Shown here: positions 1 to 9,790 of the stretch, piece after piece | Layout: each line of letters begins with the position of its first letter | Numbering within the stretch: position 1 is the stretch's first letter | Assembly: GCF_003367075.2 (NCBI RefSeq) | Contig: NZ_CP065936.1 | Coordinates: forward strand, 2,610,001-2,642,000 | DNA: 32,000 nucleotides | Direction of reading: 5' to 3' | Source of the DNA: Cylindrospermopsis raciborskii Cr2010 | GTDB taxonomy: Bacteria > Cyanobacteriota > Cyanobacteriia > Cyanobacteriales > Nostocaceae | Position numbers and translations under genes: made by a program | The notes under the pieces: model-generated | Told to the model about the DNA's origin: nothing | Seen by the model: the letters and a program-made list of their open reading frames with translations, nothing else | The model's database searches: none

Positions 1-120
<120 letters not shown>

Positions 121-203
121 ACACTAATAGGGCTTGTATCCAAAAGTTTCTCAATGGAGCTAGAAATTTAGGCCCTAAGTAACTATCAATGAACTAATCA
201 CCA

Positions 204-719
204 ATGGGCACAGAAAACCTAGAAACTGCGAAAAATCTTTACTCCCAAGGCAAAATCGCCTTTGAGAACGGAGAATATCAACAATCTGTAGATAATTTGG
301 AAAAAGCTACCAGTCTACTGTTCCAAAATTCTCGCTTTGCTGGAGAAGTAAATATCTGGTTAGTTAACGCTTACGAAGCTACGGGAAGATCCCAAGAGGC
401 GATCGCCCTTTGTCAAGAGCTTTCCCATCATCCCCATTATGAAGTTAAATCCCAGGCCAAGCGCTTAGTCTACATATTAAAAGCTCCCAAACTCAAACGA
501 CCAAAAGAATGGATGACAGAGATACCTGATTTTGCTACAATTTCTGAGCGTCAAACCAAAACCCTAATTGCTCCGCAAAAATCAACTTCACCCCAGAAAT
601 CCCCGGATTCAGAATATGTGGATCTTAGTCAGGTAAATACACAGGATAATCTTTTTATTTGGGTGGCTTTAATTATTGCTGCTTGTACTATTTCCTATTT
701 AGTTTGGTTGAGTTTCTGA
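204..719 (+). CDS. Conserved hypothetical protein: TPR-like helical N-terminus, Ser/Pro/Thr/Gln-rich linker, C-terminal transmembrane helix
   Basis: 171-aa ORF with an ATG start. The N-terminal 90 aa have a TPR-like helix pattern (AKNLYSQGKIAFENGEYQQSVDNLEKA ... WLVNAYEATGRSQEAIALCQEL). The C-terminal hydrophobic stretch is LFIWVALIIAACTISYLVWL. I do not recognise a named family. Confidence 0.6.
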   Translation: MGTENLETAKNLYSQGKIAFENGEYQQSVDNLEKATSLLFQNSRFAGEVNIWLVNAYEATGRSQEAIALCQELSHHPHYEVKSQAKRLVYILKAPKLKRPKEWMTEIPDFATISERQTKTLIAPQKSTSPQKSPDSEYVDLSQVNTQDNLFIWVALIIAACTISYLVWLSF

Positions 720-771
720 ATGGGTTGTTAGCAGTTAGATGGAGTTTACCTTGTTCTAAAGGAGAAAATAT

Positions 772-1578
772 ATGGCCACATACAAAACCACAAGGTTGGT
801 TTTTAAAAACAGTATCCATAGCAGAAGCTTAATAAAGCTGGCAAAAAACTCCAAAAAGGTGATGATGATTTTAATCATCTTTATGTCCTTAATCTTATCC
901 GGTTGTGTAGAATACAATCTGGGTATTAATTTCCATGACAGTAATAATGCTGAATGGGTACAACACATTCGGATTGCTGAAAACTTGACCAGTTTCAGCA
1001 GTGATTATTTACAGGAGTGGTTTAATGTTTTATCTCGTCGCGTCAGCAACATAGGGGGTTCCACCAAATATATTTCTCCAGGTGAACTGGTGGTGAAAAT
1101 ACCTTTTACTCATGGTCAAGAACTAGAGGAGAAATTAGCCACTTTTTACCCACACTCCCTACAAACCTCTCTCCATGAACCAATCAATATTACTTCCAAC
1201 ATAACCCTAAAAGAAAATAACTTTTTGTTCCTATCCAGAAATAATTTAATTTATCAATTAGATTTGCGCTCTTTAGCAGGAGTAGTTGCACAAAAAAACA
1301 GTTCGGATAAAACTCAAATTTCCCTGTTCAACATAGACTTTACCCTCAAAACACCCTGGGGGAATATTAAGAATATTAATTCCACTGTAAAACCTCTCCC
1401 ACCAGAAACAAATAACCAACAAATAACATGGCAAATGCAACTGGGAGAGTTAAATCAAATAGAGGTAGTGTTTTGGCTCCCCAATATGCTCAGTATTGGA
1501 ACCTTAATAATTATTATTATAGTTTTGTTTGGTTACTACTTGAAATATTCCAGTTTAAATATACCCAATCAAAACTGA
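772..1578 (+). CDS. Putative lipoprotein with C-terminal membrane anchor (possibly the cyanobacterial DUF3153 family; family assignment uncertain)
   Basis: 268-aa ORF. AAGGAG lies about 7 nt upstream of the ATG at 772. A lipobox-like signal is present (KKVMMILIIFMSLILSGC). The C-terminal TM segment is LSIGTLIIIIIVLFGYYL. Confidence 0.6.
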   Translation: MATYKTTRLVFKNSIHSRSLIKLAKNSKKVMMILIIFMSLILSGCVEYNLGINFHDSNNAEWVQHIRIAENLTSFSSDYLQEWFNVLSRRVSNIGGSTKYISPGELVVKIPFTHGQELEEKLATFYPHSLQTSLHEPINITSNITLKENNFLFLSRNNLIYQLDLRSLAGVVAQKNSSDKTQISLFNIDFTLKTPWGNIKNINSTVKPLPPETNNQQITWQMQLGELNQIEVVFWLPNMLSIGTLIIIIIVLFGYYLKYSSLNIPNQN

Positions 1579-1603
1579 TAATAAATAATATATTTAAACA
1601 TAT

Positions 1604-2248
1604 TTAAGGGGATAACCGCTCTATCCTCCACTCATGATTATGCAAACGGGTATACAGTAATCTATCGTGTAACCGACTAGAACGCCCCTGCCAAAATTCA
1701 ATTTCCTGGGGAATCACTCGAAACCCTCCCCAGTCAGGAGGTCGGGGTATTGATTGATTTTCATATTTCTGCTCAAGTTCTGCCAATTTTAATTGCAAAA
1801 ACTCCCGATGGGGAATGACTTCACTTTGATTAGATGCCCAAGCACCCAAGCGACTACCATGGGGACGCACTTCAAAATACCCATCAGACTCCTGGGGGGA
1901 AATTTTTTCCACCCCACCAACGATTCTCACCTGACGCTCCAATTGTGCCCACCAAAAAACTAATGCTGCATGGGGATTTATCCCTAACTCTTGTCCCTTA
2001 TGACTATTATAATTAGTAAACAACACAAAACCCCTCTCGTCAAAGTCTTTTAACAAGACCATTCTGGCTGAAGGTTTGCCATCACAGGTGCAAGTTGCCA
2101 GGGTCATGGCATTAGGTTCGGGTAATTCCGCTGCTATAGCTTGATCAAACCATATTCTAAATTGTACAAGGGGATTCCCATTAATACTTTTCTCATCCAG
2201 TTCTTGTAAAGAGTAGTCCTGTCGAAGATCCGCTATAGTTCTATCCAT
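1604..2248 (-). CDS. pdxH: Pyridoxamine 5'-phosphate oxidase
   Basis: The 214-aa ORF shows PdxH hallmarks along its full length: PNAMTLATC..GKPSARMVLLK, FVLFTNYNSHKG, ALVFWWAQLERQVRIVG, GAWAS.QS, and the C-terminal EFWQGRSSRLHDRLLY...WRIERLSP. Confidence 0.95.
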   Translation of the reverse strand: MDRTIADLRQDYSLQELDEKSINGNPLVQFRIWFDQAIAAELPEPNAMTLATCTCDGKPSARMVLLKDFDERGFVLFTNYNSHKGQELGINPHAALVFWWAQLERQVRIVGGVEKISPQESDGYFEVRPHGSRLGAWASNQSEVIPHREFLQLKLAELEQKYENQSIPRPPDWGGFRVIPQEIEFWQGRSSRLHDRLLYTRLHNHEWRIERLSP

Positions 2249-2271
2249 TGTTGTGTTCCTGATTACTAAAC

Positions 2272-3312
2272 ATGCGACTTTCAGCTTCCCTGCAGACTAT
2301 ATTAACATACGGACTGGCCTGTCCACTTATCGCTGTGAATGTTTGGCTACTCTCTTTGTTGTTCCACTACTTCCAGCACCCAATCACTATTCTCAGCATC
2401 GCAGCTATTTTAGCTTTTTTGCTCAATTACCCTGTCCAGTTACTAGAAAAGGCCAGGATTACTAGAACTTACTCAGTCATAATAGTTTTAGTGATTACTT
2501 TAACCCTATTGGTGATTCTGGGTTTTACCCTAGTCCCCATGCTAGTGGAACAAACAACCCAGCTCCTCAAAAATATCCCCGATTGGGTGACTTCCAGTCA
2601 AGAAAATTTAAGTAGGTTACAGGTCTTAGCTCGTCAAAAGCGTTTGCATATTGATTTCAGTGTGGTTAGCAGTCAAATTAATGCCAGCGTGCAAAATATT
2701 CTACAACAAATTGCCTCCGGTGCAGTGGGTTTTGCTGGAACTTTATTGTCCGGACTTTTAAATATAGTCCTAGTCGTCGTATTGGCATTTTATATGCTGA
2801 TATATGGCGATCGCTTGTGGTCTGGCTTAATTAATCAACTACCATCCTATATTGGATTACCCCTGAGCAAATCCTTACAATTGAATTTTCATAACTTTTT
2901 TTTGAGTCAACTGTTGTTAGCATTATTCATGGTAATCGCTTTAACACCAATTTTTTTATTTTTAAGAGTTCCCTTTGCTCTATTATTTGCGATTATTATA
3001 GGAATCTCCGAACTAGTTCCTGTAATTGGTGCTACTTTGGGTATAGGGTTAGTGACCTTACTAGTATCCTTACAGACTTGGTGGTTAGCATTTCCAGTAG
3101 CAATGGTGGCAATTATCATACAACAGATCAGAGATAATATCCTAGCACCCAAATTACTTGGTAATTTTACCGGACTCAATCCCCTATGGATTTTCATTGC
3201 CATTTTGATGGGATTTGAAATTGGAGGTTTGCTGGGGACTTTAGTAGCAGTACCAATTGCGGGTACTATCAAGAGTACAGTTGACACTATTAGAAACAAC
3301 GGAATAACTTAG
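2272..3312 (+). CDS. AI-2E family transporter (PerM/UPF0118-type permease)
   Basis: 346-aa polytopic membrane protein. The family-typical C-terminal half is present: ISELVPVIGATLG, RDNILAPKLLGNFTGLNPLWIFIAILMGFEIGGLLGTLVAVPIAG. Confidence 0.85.
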   Translation: MRLSASLQTILTYGLACPLIAVNVWLLSLLFHYFQHPITILSIAAILAFLLNYPVQLLEKARITRTYSVIIVLVITLTLLVILGFTLVPMLVEQTTQLLKNIPDWVTSSQENLSRLQVLARQKRLHIDFSVVSSQINASVQNILQQIASGAVGFAGTLLSGLLNIVLVVVLAFYMLIYGDRLWSGLINQLPSYIGLPLSKSLQLNFHNFFLSQLLLALFMVIALTPIFLFLRVPFALLFAIIIGISELVPVIGATLGIGLVTLLVSLQTWWLAFPVAMVAIIIQQIRDNILAPKLLGNFTGLNPLWIFIAILMGFEIGGLLGTLVAVPIAGTIKSTVDTIRNNGIT

Positions 3313-3340
3313 AAAAAATGGTTTTTAATTATACATTTCC

Positions 3341-4147
3341 ATGGATGCCAAAGATCTGTTAGCAACAATTAACAACCTGATTGAACAGGCCAAAAGGGGA
3401 GAGATAGATCCCTGGAATGTGGAAGTAGTTGAGGTAATTGACCGGTATTTAGAATTCATGTCACCCCAAGGTACCACTCAAGGTTATGAATCAGATTTGC
3501 ACCAGTCCGGTCAGGCTTTTCTATCCGCATCTATGCTTGTTCTTTTTAAAGCAAATACCTTAATGGAGTTGTCAAGAATAGATAGTGAAATAGATAATAG
3601 TTCTGAAGATGTAGTTACAGATGATAACAATACAGAGTCACATAGTATAGAGAGGTTGCAGTTAGAGAGGCAATTAAGAAGGCGGACCGCTGCCATGCCC
3701 CCACCTAAGCGTCGCGTTACTCTGGTAGAATTAATCGAGCAGTTACAGATTATGGCTAGTCAGCTAAAGGAGGTAGAAAAGCCAAACAAATCGGAGCGAC
3801 CTAGGCGTCAGCCAACTATGAAAACCATGAAAGCGGCCTTAGAATTAGCCCACCAGGAAAATCTCACCCAGGTTGCTGTGGAGGTGGAACAGGTGTTGCT
3901 TCTAGCAGCAAAAGAAGAAAATTCATCAGAACCATCCTGGGGATTAGAAGAACTGGTAGAGTTGTGGAGTGGTACACAACAAGCAAATCAGGTGGACAAA
4001 AAATCTAGCAGTGAGCACAATTCCGAGCATGGTAACCTAGTCAGTGTGTTTTGGGCACTATTGCTCCTTTGTGCCCAGTCTAAAGTAGAGCTATTCCAGG
4101 AAGAATTTTATCAGGAAGTCAAAGTGCGGTTATTAAGACAGAAGTAG
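3341..4147 (+). CDS. scpA: Segregation and condensation protein A (kleisin subunit of the SMC complex)
   Basis: 268 aa. The N-terminal motif is RGEIDPWNVEVVEVIDRYL. There is an acidic/low-complexity middle region. The C-terminal winged-helix-like end is VSVFWALLLLCAQSKVELFQEEFYQEV. This is the pattern I recall for cyanobacterial ScpA. Confidence 0.8.
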   Translation: MDAKDLLATINNLIEQAKRGEIDPWNVEVVEVIDRYLEFMSPQGTTQGYESDLHQSGQAFLSASMLVLFKANTLMELSRIDSEIDNSSEDVVTDDNNTESHSIERLQLERQLRRRTAAMPPPKRRVTLVELIEQLQIMASQLKEVEKPNKSERPRRQPTMKTMKAALELAHQENLTQVAVEVEQVLLLAAKEENSSEPSWGLEELVELWSGTQQANQVDKKSSSEHNSEHGNLVSVFWALLLLCAQSKVELFQEEFYQEVKVRLLRQK

Positions 4148-4330
4148 TTGCTAGTACCCTAAATTCTTAGATCAAATTTGATAAATATATGGTAATGGTA
4201 AATTATTGATTGGTGGGCCAGCTATAACTAAAAATCCGTGGTTGCCAAAAAGTATTGGATAATCAAACTATAATTGGGTATTTTAATGATAATAAACTGG
4301 CTTGTGGTTGAGGAACAGGAGTAACATTTT

Positions 4331-5500
4331 ATGAAAGCAATGATTCTAGCAGCGGGTAAAGGCACTCGTGTACGCCCTATTACATATACCATTCCTAAAC
4401 CAATGATTCCCATTCTGCAAAAGCCAGTAATGGAGTTTTTGCTAGAGTTATTGCGTAAACATGGGTTTGACCAGATCATGGTTAATGTGAGCCATTTAGC
4501 TGAGGAGATAGAAAATTATTTCCGTGATGGTCAAAGGTTCGGAGTGCAGATTGGTTATTCTTTTGAGGGTAAAATAGACGATCAAGGGAAATTAGTGGGG
4601 GAAGCTATCGGTTCAGCTGGGGGAATGCGTCGTATCCAAGATTTCTCACCTTTTTTTGATGAAACATTTGTAGTTTTGTGTGGTGATGCTTTAATTGATT
4701 TAGACCTCACCGCAGCAGTTAAGTGGCACAGGTCTAAGGGTGCAATGGCTACTATTATTACCAAGTCTGTCCCCCAAGAGGAAGTTTCTAGTTATGGTGT
4801 GGTTGTCACAGATCATGATAACCGAGTGCGAGCTTTTCAGGAAAAACCATCCGTTGAAGAAGCTCTCAGCACCAATATTAACACCGGTATTTATATCTTT
4901 GAGCCAGAAGTGTTTAAGTATATCCCATCCGGTGTTGAATATGACATTGGTAGTCAGTTGTTCCCCCACCTGGTGGAAATTAATGCTCCCTTTTATGCTA
5001 TCCCCATGGATTTTGAATGGGTAGATATTGGTAAAGTACCTGATTATTGGCGGGCAATTCGCGGTGTTTTACTGGGAGAGATTAAAAATGTACAAATACC
5101 CGGTTATGAAGTTGCTCCAAATATATATACTGGTTTAAATGTAGCCGTAAATTGGGATCGGGTAGATATTACTGGACCTGTTTACATTGGTGCTATGACT
5201 CGAATTGAGGATGGGGCCAAAATTGTCGGACCATCCATGATTGGACCAAATTGCTGGATTTGTGGGGGTGCGACTGTGGATAATAGTGTGATTTTTGAAT
5301 GGTCTCGCTTAGGTCCAGGAGTTCGCTTGGTAGATAAGTTGGTATTTGGACGGTATTGTGTAGATAAAATGGGCGCTGCTATTGACGTACAAGCAGCAGC
5401 TTTAGACTGGCTAATTACTGATGCACGTCAAACCCTACCCGCTGAAATTCCTCCAGAACACCAAGCGATCGCCGAGTTGTTAGGAGCAATTACAGTTTAG
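4331..5500 (+). CDS. Sugar-phosphate nucleotidyltransferase (NDP-sugar pyrophosphorylase, GDP-mannose pyrophosphorylase-like) with C-terminal left-handed beta-helix region
   Basis: 389 aa. The N-terminal signature is MKAMILAAGKGTRVRPIT..PKPM. Also present are VLCGDALIDLDL and YGVV...V..F.EKP. The C-terminal part has hexapeptide-repeat-like segments (GPVYIGAMTRIEDGAKIVGPSMIGPNCWICGGATVDNSVI). Confidence 0.85.
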   Translation: MKAMILAAGKGTRVRPITYTIPKPMIPILQKPVMEFLLELLRKHGFDQIMVNVSHLAEEIENYFRDGQRFGVQIGYSFEGKIDDQGKLVGEAIGSAGGMRRIQDFSPFFDETFVVLCGDALIDLDLTAAVKWHRSKGAMATIITKSVPQEEVSSYGVVVTDHDNRVRAFQEKPSVEEALSTNINTGIYIFEPEVFKYIPSGVEYDIGSQLFPHLVEINAPFYAIPMDFEWVDIGKVPDYWRAIRGVLLGEIKNVQIPGYEVAPNIYTGLNVAVNWDRVDITGPVYIGAMTRIEDGAKIVGPSMIGPNCWICGGATVDNSVIFEWSRLGPGVRLVDKLVFGRYCVDKMGAAIDVQAAALDWLITDARQTLPAEIPPEHQAIAELLGAITV

Positions 5501-5534
5501 GAAATGGTAGGGGAATGGGGATTGATAACTTTGA

Positions 5535-7550
5535 TTAACTGTTATTTAGATACGTATATCTTCTCAGACTTTGTTCGTAGGTTTGCAGCAATCTTTGGGA
5601 TTCGGATAAGGTGATACGGTCTTCTAATAGAGCTTGTTCACAACGCTGGCGAATATTTTCTACCATGTCTTCTGAATCATACTGGACATAACTGACTACT
5701 TCGCTCATGGTATCCCCTTTGACAACGTGCTCAATTTGGTAACCTTTGGGCGTAAGTTGAATGTGAACAGCATTGGTATCACCAAACAAGTTATGTAGGT
5801 TGCCCATGATTTCTTGGTAAGCACCGTTGAGGAACATCCCTAAATAATAGGGTTTATCAGGGTTGAATTTATGCAGCTCTAAAACCGATTTAACATCTCT
5901 TAGATCGATAAATCGGTCGATTTTGCCATCGCTATCACAAGTTAGGTCTGCTAAAATGCCCCTTTGAGTCGGTTCTTCATCTAAACGGTGAATGGGCATG
6001 ATAGGAAATAATTGGTCTATGGCCCAACAGTCTGGTGCTGATTGAAATACGGAGAGATTAATGTAATAGATAGAAGCCATGATTTTTTCCAGATCTTCCA
6101 ATTCATCTGGTACATATTCTTGTTGCCTAGTAATTTCCAGGATTTTTTGACAACAAGCCCAGTATAAACGCTCAGCCTTGGCTCGCTCCTGTAGACGTAA
6201 TATGCCTAAGTTAAATCGACTAATCGCTTCTTCCTTGAACTGGGCAGCGTCATGATAGAACTCTTGATAGTTTTCTTTGTTGATACACTGATATGTCTCC
6301 CACAAGTATTTTATAATTGGGGATTCTCCTTCCTGGAGCTCCTCCGGTGGATTCAGTGGAACATCACTGGTACTTAAAACATCAAAGATAAGCACGGACT
6401 GGTGCGATGCGATCGCTCTTCCACTTTCACTAATTAGGGTAGGTACAGGAATTTTACTTTCCGAGCATGTATCTTTCAACTCTGCTACAATATCATTGGC
6501 ATAGTTTTGCATATTGTAGTTTTTAGAGGCATAGAAATTTGTTTGGGAACCATCATAATCTACTCCTAACCCGCCACCCACATCCAAGAACTTCATGTCA
6601 GCACCTAACATTGCCAGTTCCACATAGATCCGACTAGCTTCTTGAATGGCATCTTTAATCACATTAATCGCAGAAATTTGTGAGCCAATATGAAAGTGAA
6701 GTAGTTGTAAACAATCCAGTAAATTGGCAGATCTTAACCTATCCACAGCTTCCATGATTTCTGGAATAGTCAAGCCAAATTTAGCACGGTCTCCCGTGGA
6801 AGTTCCCCATCTACCCATGCCTTGAGTGCTTAATTTTGCCCGTACTCCTAAAATTGGTTTAATCCCTAACTGAGCACTAGCTGCGATCGCTAGATCGACC
6901 TCTTCAATTTGTTCCAGGACAATAATTGGAGTTTGTCCTAGTTTTTGAGCCAACATTGCCGTTTCTATATATTCTCGGTCTTTATAGCCATTACAAACTA
7001 ATAAAGCTCCTGGTGTGTCTAATAAAGCCAGAGCAATCATTAATTCTGGCTTAGAACCTGCTTCCAGTCCAAACTGATGAGGCTTGCCAAAACGCACCAA
7101 ATCTTCAATTAAGTGCCGTTCTTGGTTGCATTTGACCGGAAAAACCCCCCTATACACTCCAGAATAATTATAGCGAGCGATCGCCTTGGCAAAGCAAGAG
7201 TTTAAGCGCTCTATACGATCCTCTAAAATATCAGAGAAACGAATTAACAAAGGTAGTCCCAGATTTCGTTGTTTTAGAGCATTGACCAACTCAAACAAGT
7301 CCAGAGATCCACCCCGATCTCCCTTGGGAGAGACTGTAACATGTCCTGCTGCATTAATGGAAAAATAAGGTCTACCCCAACCTTCAATGCGATATAGATC
7401 TTCACTATCCTCTATTTTCCAACTGCGGGATAAATCACCCGATTTAGTGCTGGGGGGTAGTAGTTTTTTATGTTTTTGGTTTTTCAATTCTGATTTATGT
7501 CCATTAGTATGAACTTTGACGATTTCATCGGTAATTGACTCGACACCCAT
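5535..7550 (-). CDS. speA: Biosynthetic arginine decarboxylase
   Basis: 671 aa. GAGGAAG lies upstream of the ATG. Motifs: YRIEGWG.PYF.IN..G, the PLP-lysine region GVFPVKCNQ, HFHIGSQI, DVGGGLGVDYDGS, and C-terminal NLFGDTNAVH. Confidence 0.95.
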   Translation of the reverse strand: MGVESITDEIVKVHTNGHKSELKNQKHKKLLPPSTKSGDLSRSWKIEDSEDLYRIEGWGRPYFSINAAGHVTVSPKGDRGGSLDLFELVNALKQRNLGLPLLIRFSDILEDRIERLNSCFAKAIARYNYSGVYRGVFPVKCNQERHLIEDLVRFGKPHQFGLEAGSKPELMIALALLDTPGALLVCNGYKDREYIETAMLAQKLGQTPIIVLEQIEEVDLAIAASAQLGIKPILGVRAKLSTQGMGRWGTSTGDRAKFGLTIPEIMEAVDRLRSANLLDCLQLLHFHIGSQISAINVIKDAIQEASRIYVELAMLGADMKFLDVGGGLGVDYDGSQTNFYASKNYNMQNYANDIVAELKDTCSESKIPVPTLISESGRAIASHQSVLIFDVLSTSDVPLNPPEELQEGESPIIKYLWETYQCINKENYQEFYHDAAQFKEEAISRFNLGILRLQERAKAERLYWACCQKILEITRQQEYVPDELEDLEKIMASIYYINLSVFQSAPDCWAIDQLFPIMPIHRLDEEPTQRGILADLTCDSDGKIDRFIDLRDVKSVLELHKFNPDKPYYLGMFLNGAYQEIMGNLHNLFGDTNAVHIQLTPKGYQIEHVVKGDTMSEVVSYVQYDSEDMVENIRQRCEQALLEDRITLSESQRLLQTYEQSLRRYTYLNNS

Positions 7551-7817
7551 TTCTTCCTCACCTTGTGTTGTGTTTACCCACAGAGTAATAATTTAACAAA
7601 TTAAATCCCCAACTGTAATTAATCCACATTCCTAGGATTTTCAATTTTCGTTTGATATTTGATATTAGTATGAGAAATATGTTAAATTTAATTAAGATTG
7701 CGGGGAAACCTCCCAGATCTAGCTTAGGCAAACTGTGTTGCCATGTCAAATTACAAAATGGATTTATAAGCATCCGTTACAAAATTAGTCATATTAGTAC
7801 TAGAGGCAAATTAACAG

Positions 7818-9704
7818 ATGAAATTTTCCTGGAGAGTTGTAGCACTTTGGTCAGTATTGGCCCTGGTAATAGGCTTTTTTCTCTGGCAAGGTACATTTGC
7901 TGGATCCCCAGGGGATCAAAGCAAAAATGCTGCCAATACCAGAATGACCTACGGACGATTTTTAGAATACCTGGATGCTGATCGTGTAACCAGTGTAGAC
8001 CTATACGACGGGGGTAGAACAGCTATTATTGAAGCCCTGGATCAGGATATTGAGAACCATGTTCAACGTTGGCGTGTAGATCTCCCCTTCAATGCGCCCG
8101 AACTAGTGAACAAACTAAAAGAACATCAAGTCAGTTTTGATGCTCACCCAGTTCGTAACGACGGTGCCATCTGGGGTCTATTAGGCAATTTAGTCTTCCC
8201 CGTGTTATTGATTGGCGGTTTATTCTTTTTGTTCCGTCGTTCTAACAACCTTCCTGGGGGACCAGGTCAAGCCATGAGCTTTGGTAAATCTCGTGCTCGT
8301 TTCCAAATGGAGGCTAAAACCGGAGTAAAATTTGATGACGTAGCTGGTATTGAAGAAGCTAAAGAAGAATTACAAGAAGTTGTTACCTTCTTAAAGCAAC
8401 CAGAGAAATTTACTGCAGTAGGGGCGAAAATTCCCAAAGGTGTGTTGCTAGTAGGACCACCGGGAACAGGTAAAACCCTATTAGCAAAAGCAATTGCTGG
8501 TGAAGCAGGCGTACCATTCTTTTCTATTTCCGGTTCGGAATTCGTAGAAATGTTTGTGGGTGTGGGAGCTTCCCGAGTTCGTGACCTGTTTAAAAAAGCC
8601 AAAGATAACGCCCCTTGTATTATCTTTATAGATGAAATTGATGCTGTAGGTCGTCAACGGGGTGCGGGTATAGGTGGTGGAAATGATGAGCGGGAGCAGA
8701 CCCTGAACCAATTGTTAACGGAAATGGATGGTTTTGAAGGTAACACTGGCATCATTATTATTGCTGCTACCAACCGTCCTGATGTCCTTGACTCAGCTCT
8801 TTTACGTCCTGGACGTTTTGACAGACAGGTGACGGTAGATACACCTGACATTAAAGGGCGGTTAGAAATCTTAGAGGTTCATGCCCGCAACAAGAAACTA
8901 GATCAAAGCGTGTCCTTAGAGGCAATTGCCCGTCGAACTCCTGGATTTAGCGGTGCTGACCTAGCCAACTTATTGAATGAAGCGGCCATTTTGACCGCCA
9001 GAAGACGCAAAGAAGCAATTACCCTATTAGAAATTGATGATGCGGTTGACCGGGTAGTAGCAGGGATGGAAGGCACTCCTTTAGTAGACAGCAAGAGTAA
9101 GCGATTAATTGCCTACCATGAAATAGGACATGCCTTAATAGGTACTTTGTTAAAAGATCATGATCCAGTCCAAAAAGTCACCCTAATTCCCAGAGGACAA
9201 GCACAGGGTTTAACCTGGTTTATGCCTAATGAAGAACAAGGATTAATTACCCGTTCTCAACTCAAGGCGAGAATTACAGGTGCTTTAGGAGGGCGTGCAG
9301 CTGAGGATGTAATTTTTGGTGCAGCAGAAGTTACTACCGGTGCAGGAAATGATTTACAACAGGTAACTGGTATGGCGCGCCAAATGGTAACACGTTTCGG
9401 TATGTCCGAACTTGGTCCCCTATCCCTAGAAAGTCAACAAGGGGAAGTCTTTTTAGGACGTGATTGGACAACCAGATCGGAGTATTCTGAATCTATTGCC
9501 GCTCGTATTGACGCACAAGTGAGAACAATTGTAGAAGAGTGTTATGATTTGGCAAAAAACATCATGAAGCAAAATCGTACTCTTACTGATCGTCTAGTAG
9601 ATCTTTTGATTGAAAAAGAGACTATAGACGGTAATGAGTTCCAGCAAATCGTAGCTGAGTATACTGTTGTTCCCGATAAAACCCAGTTTGTTCCCCAGCT
9701 ATAA
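7818..9704 (+). CDS. ftsH: ATP-dependent zinc metalloprotease FtsH (resembles the FtsH2/slr0228-type paralog)
   Basis: 628 aa. Motifs: Walker A GPPGTGKT, Walker [32 protein letters not shown], zinc site HEIGHAL. The N-terminus [11 protein letters not shown] and the C-terminus [13 protein letters not shown] match my recollection of the Synechocystis FtsH2 type. The paralog assignment is from memory only. Confidence 0.97.
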   Translation: MKFSWRVVALWSVLALVIGFFLWQGTFAGSPGDQSKNAANTRMTYGRFLEYLDADRVTSVDLYDGGRTAIIEALDQDIENHVQRWRVDLPFNAPELVNKLKEHQVSFDAHPVRNDGAIWGLLGNLVFPVLLIGGLFFLFRRSNNLPGGPGQAMSFGKSRARFQMEAKTGVKFDDVAGIEEAKEELQEVVTFLKQPEKFTAVGAKIPKGVLLVGPPGTGKTLLAKAIAGEAGVPFFSISGSEFVEMFVGVGASRVRDLFKKAKDNAPCIIFIDEIDAVGRQRGAGIGGGNDEREQTLNQLLTEMDGFEGNTGIIIIAATNRPDVLDSALLRPGRFDRQVTVDTPDIKGRLEILEVHARNKKLDQSVSLEAIARRTPGFSGADLANLLNEAAILTARRRKEAITLLEIDDAVDRVVAGMEGTPLVDSKSKRLIAYHEIGHALIGTLLKDHDPVQKVTLIPRGQAQGLTWFMPNEEQGLITRSQLKARITGALGGRAAEDVIFGAAEVTTGAGNDLQQVTGMARQMVTRFGMSELGPLSLESQQGEVFLGRDWTTRSEYSESIAARIDAQVRTIVEECYDLAKNIMKQNRTLTDRLVDLLIEKETIDGNEFQQIVAEYTVVPDKTQFVPQL

Positions 9705-9790
9705 GTAGGGAATTATTTGTAGGATGGGTGGATGTAACCCATCCTAAGATTTTCCTGGGTTGAGTTTAATAACTCAGATTCAATCCCAAC
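9705..9790. repeat. Short dispersed intergenic repeat, copy A. It fills the whole convergent ftsH/hlyD spacer and carries a nested hairpin insertion.
   Basis: Three collinear blocks are shared with 23642-23689: GTAGGGA (9705-9711), ATTATTTGTAGG (9712-9723) and TTGAGTTTAATA (9760-9771). Both copies end in CCCAAC. Copy A has 36 extra bases (9724-9759) between the second and third blocks. Confidence 0.55.
9720..9746. terminator. Stem-loop between the convergent ftsH and hlyD-family genes; likely intrinsic terminator for ftsH
   Basis: Perfect 10-bp stem tAGGATGGGT (9720-9729) / ACCCATCCTa (9737-9746) with the 7-nt loop GGATGTA. On the + strand it is followed by AGATTTTCC. The T-tract is short and absent on the - strand side. 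Confidence 0.5.

Noticed and set aside
4298-4313. GGTTGAGGAAC shared between the leader of the nucleotidyltransferase gene and the lptF/G leader (about 23745-23755)
   Set aside because: An 11-mer shared by two places is expected many times by chance in a 32-kb window. There is no extended collinear similarity, unlike the ftsH/lptB repeat pair.
7652-7981. 109-aa + strand ORF overlapping the ftsH start in another frame. The same applies to 756-968(-), 2253-2465(+), 2907-3299(-), 4228-4479(-), 4582-5024 (three ORFs), 8267-9094 (four - strand ORFs), 12334-12588(-), 20060-20491(+), 24574-24789(-), 24902-25141(-), 25534-25761(+), 29501-29725(+) and 30741-30947(+).
   Set aside because: All lie inside or across strongly supported genes in other frames or on the other strand. 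All have low-complexity or unrecognisable translations.
9772-9790. GATTCAATCCC resembling a tRNA T-loop
   Set aside because: There is no matching T-stem, acceptor stem or anticodon arm. The 86-bp spacer is fully explained by the repeat and hairpin.
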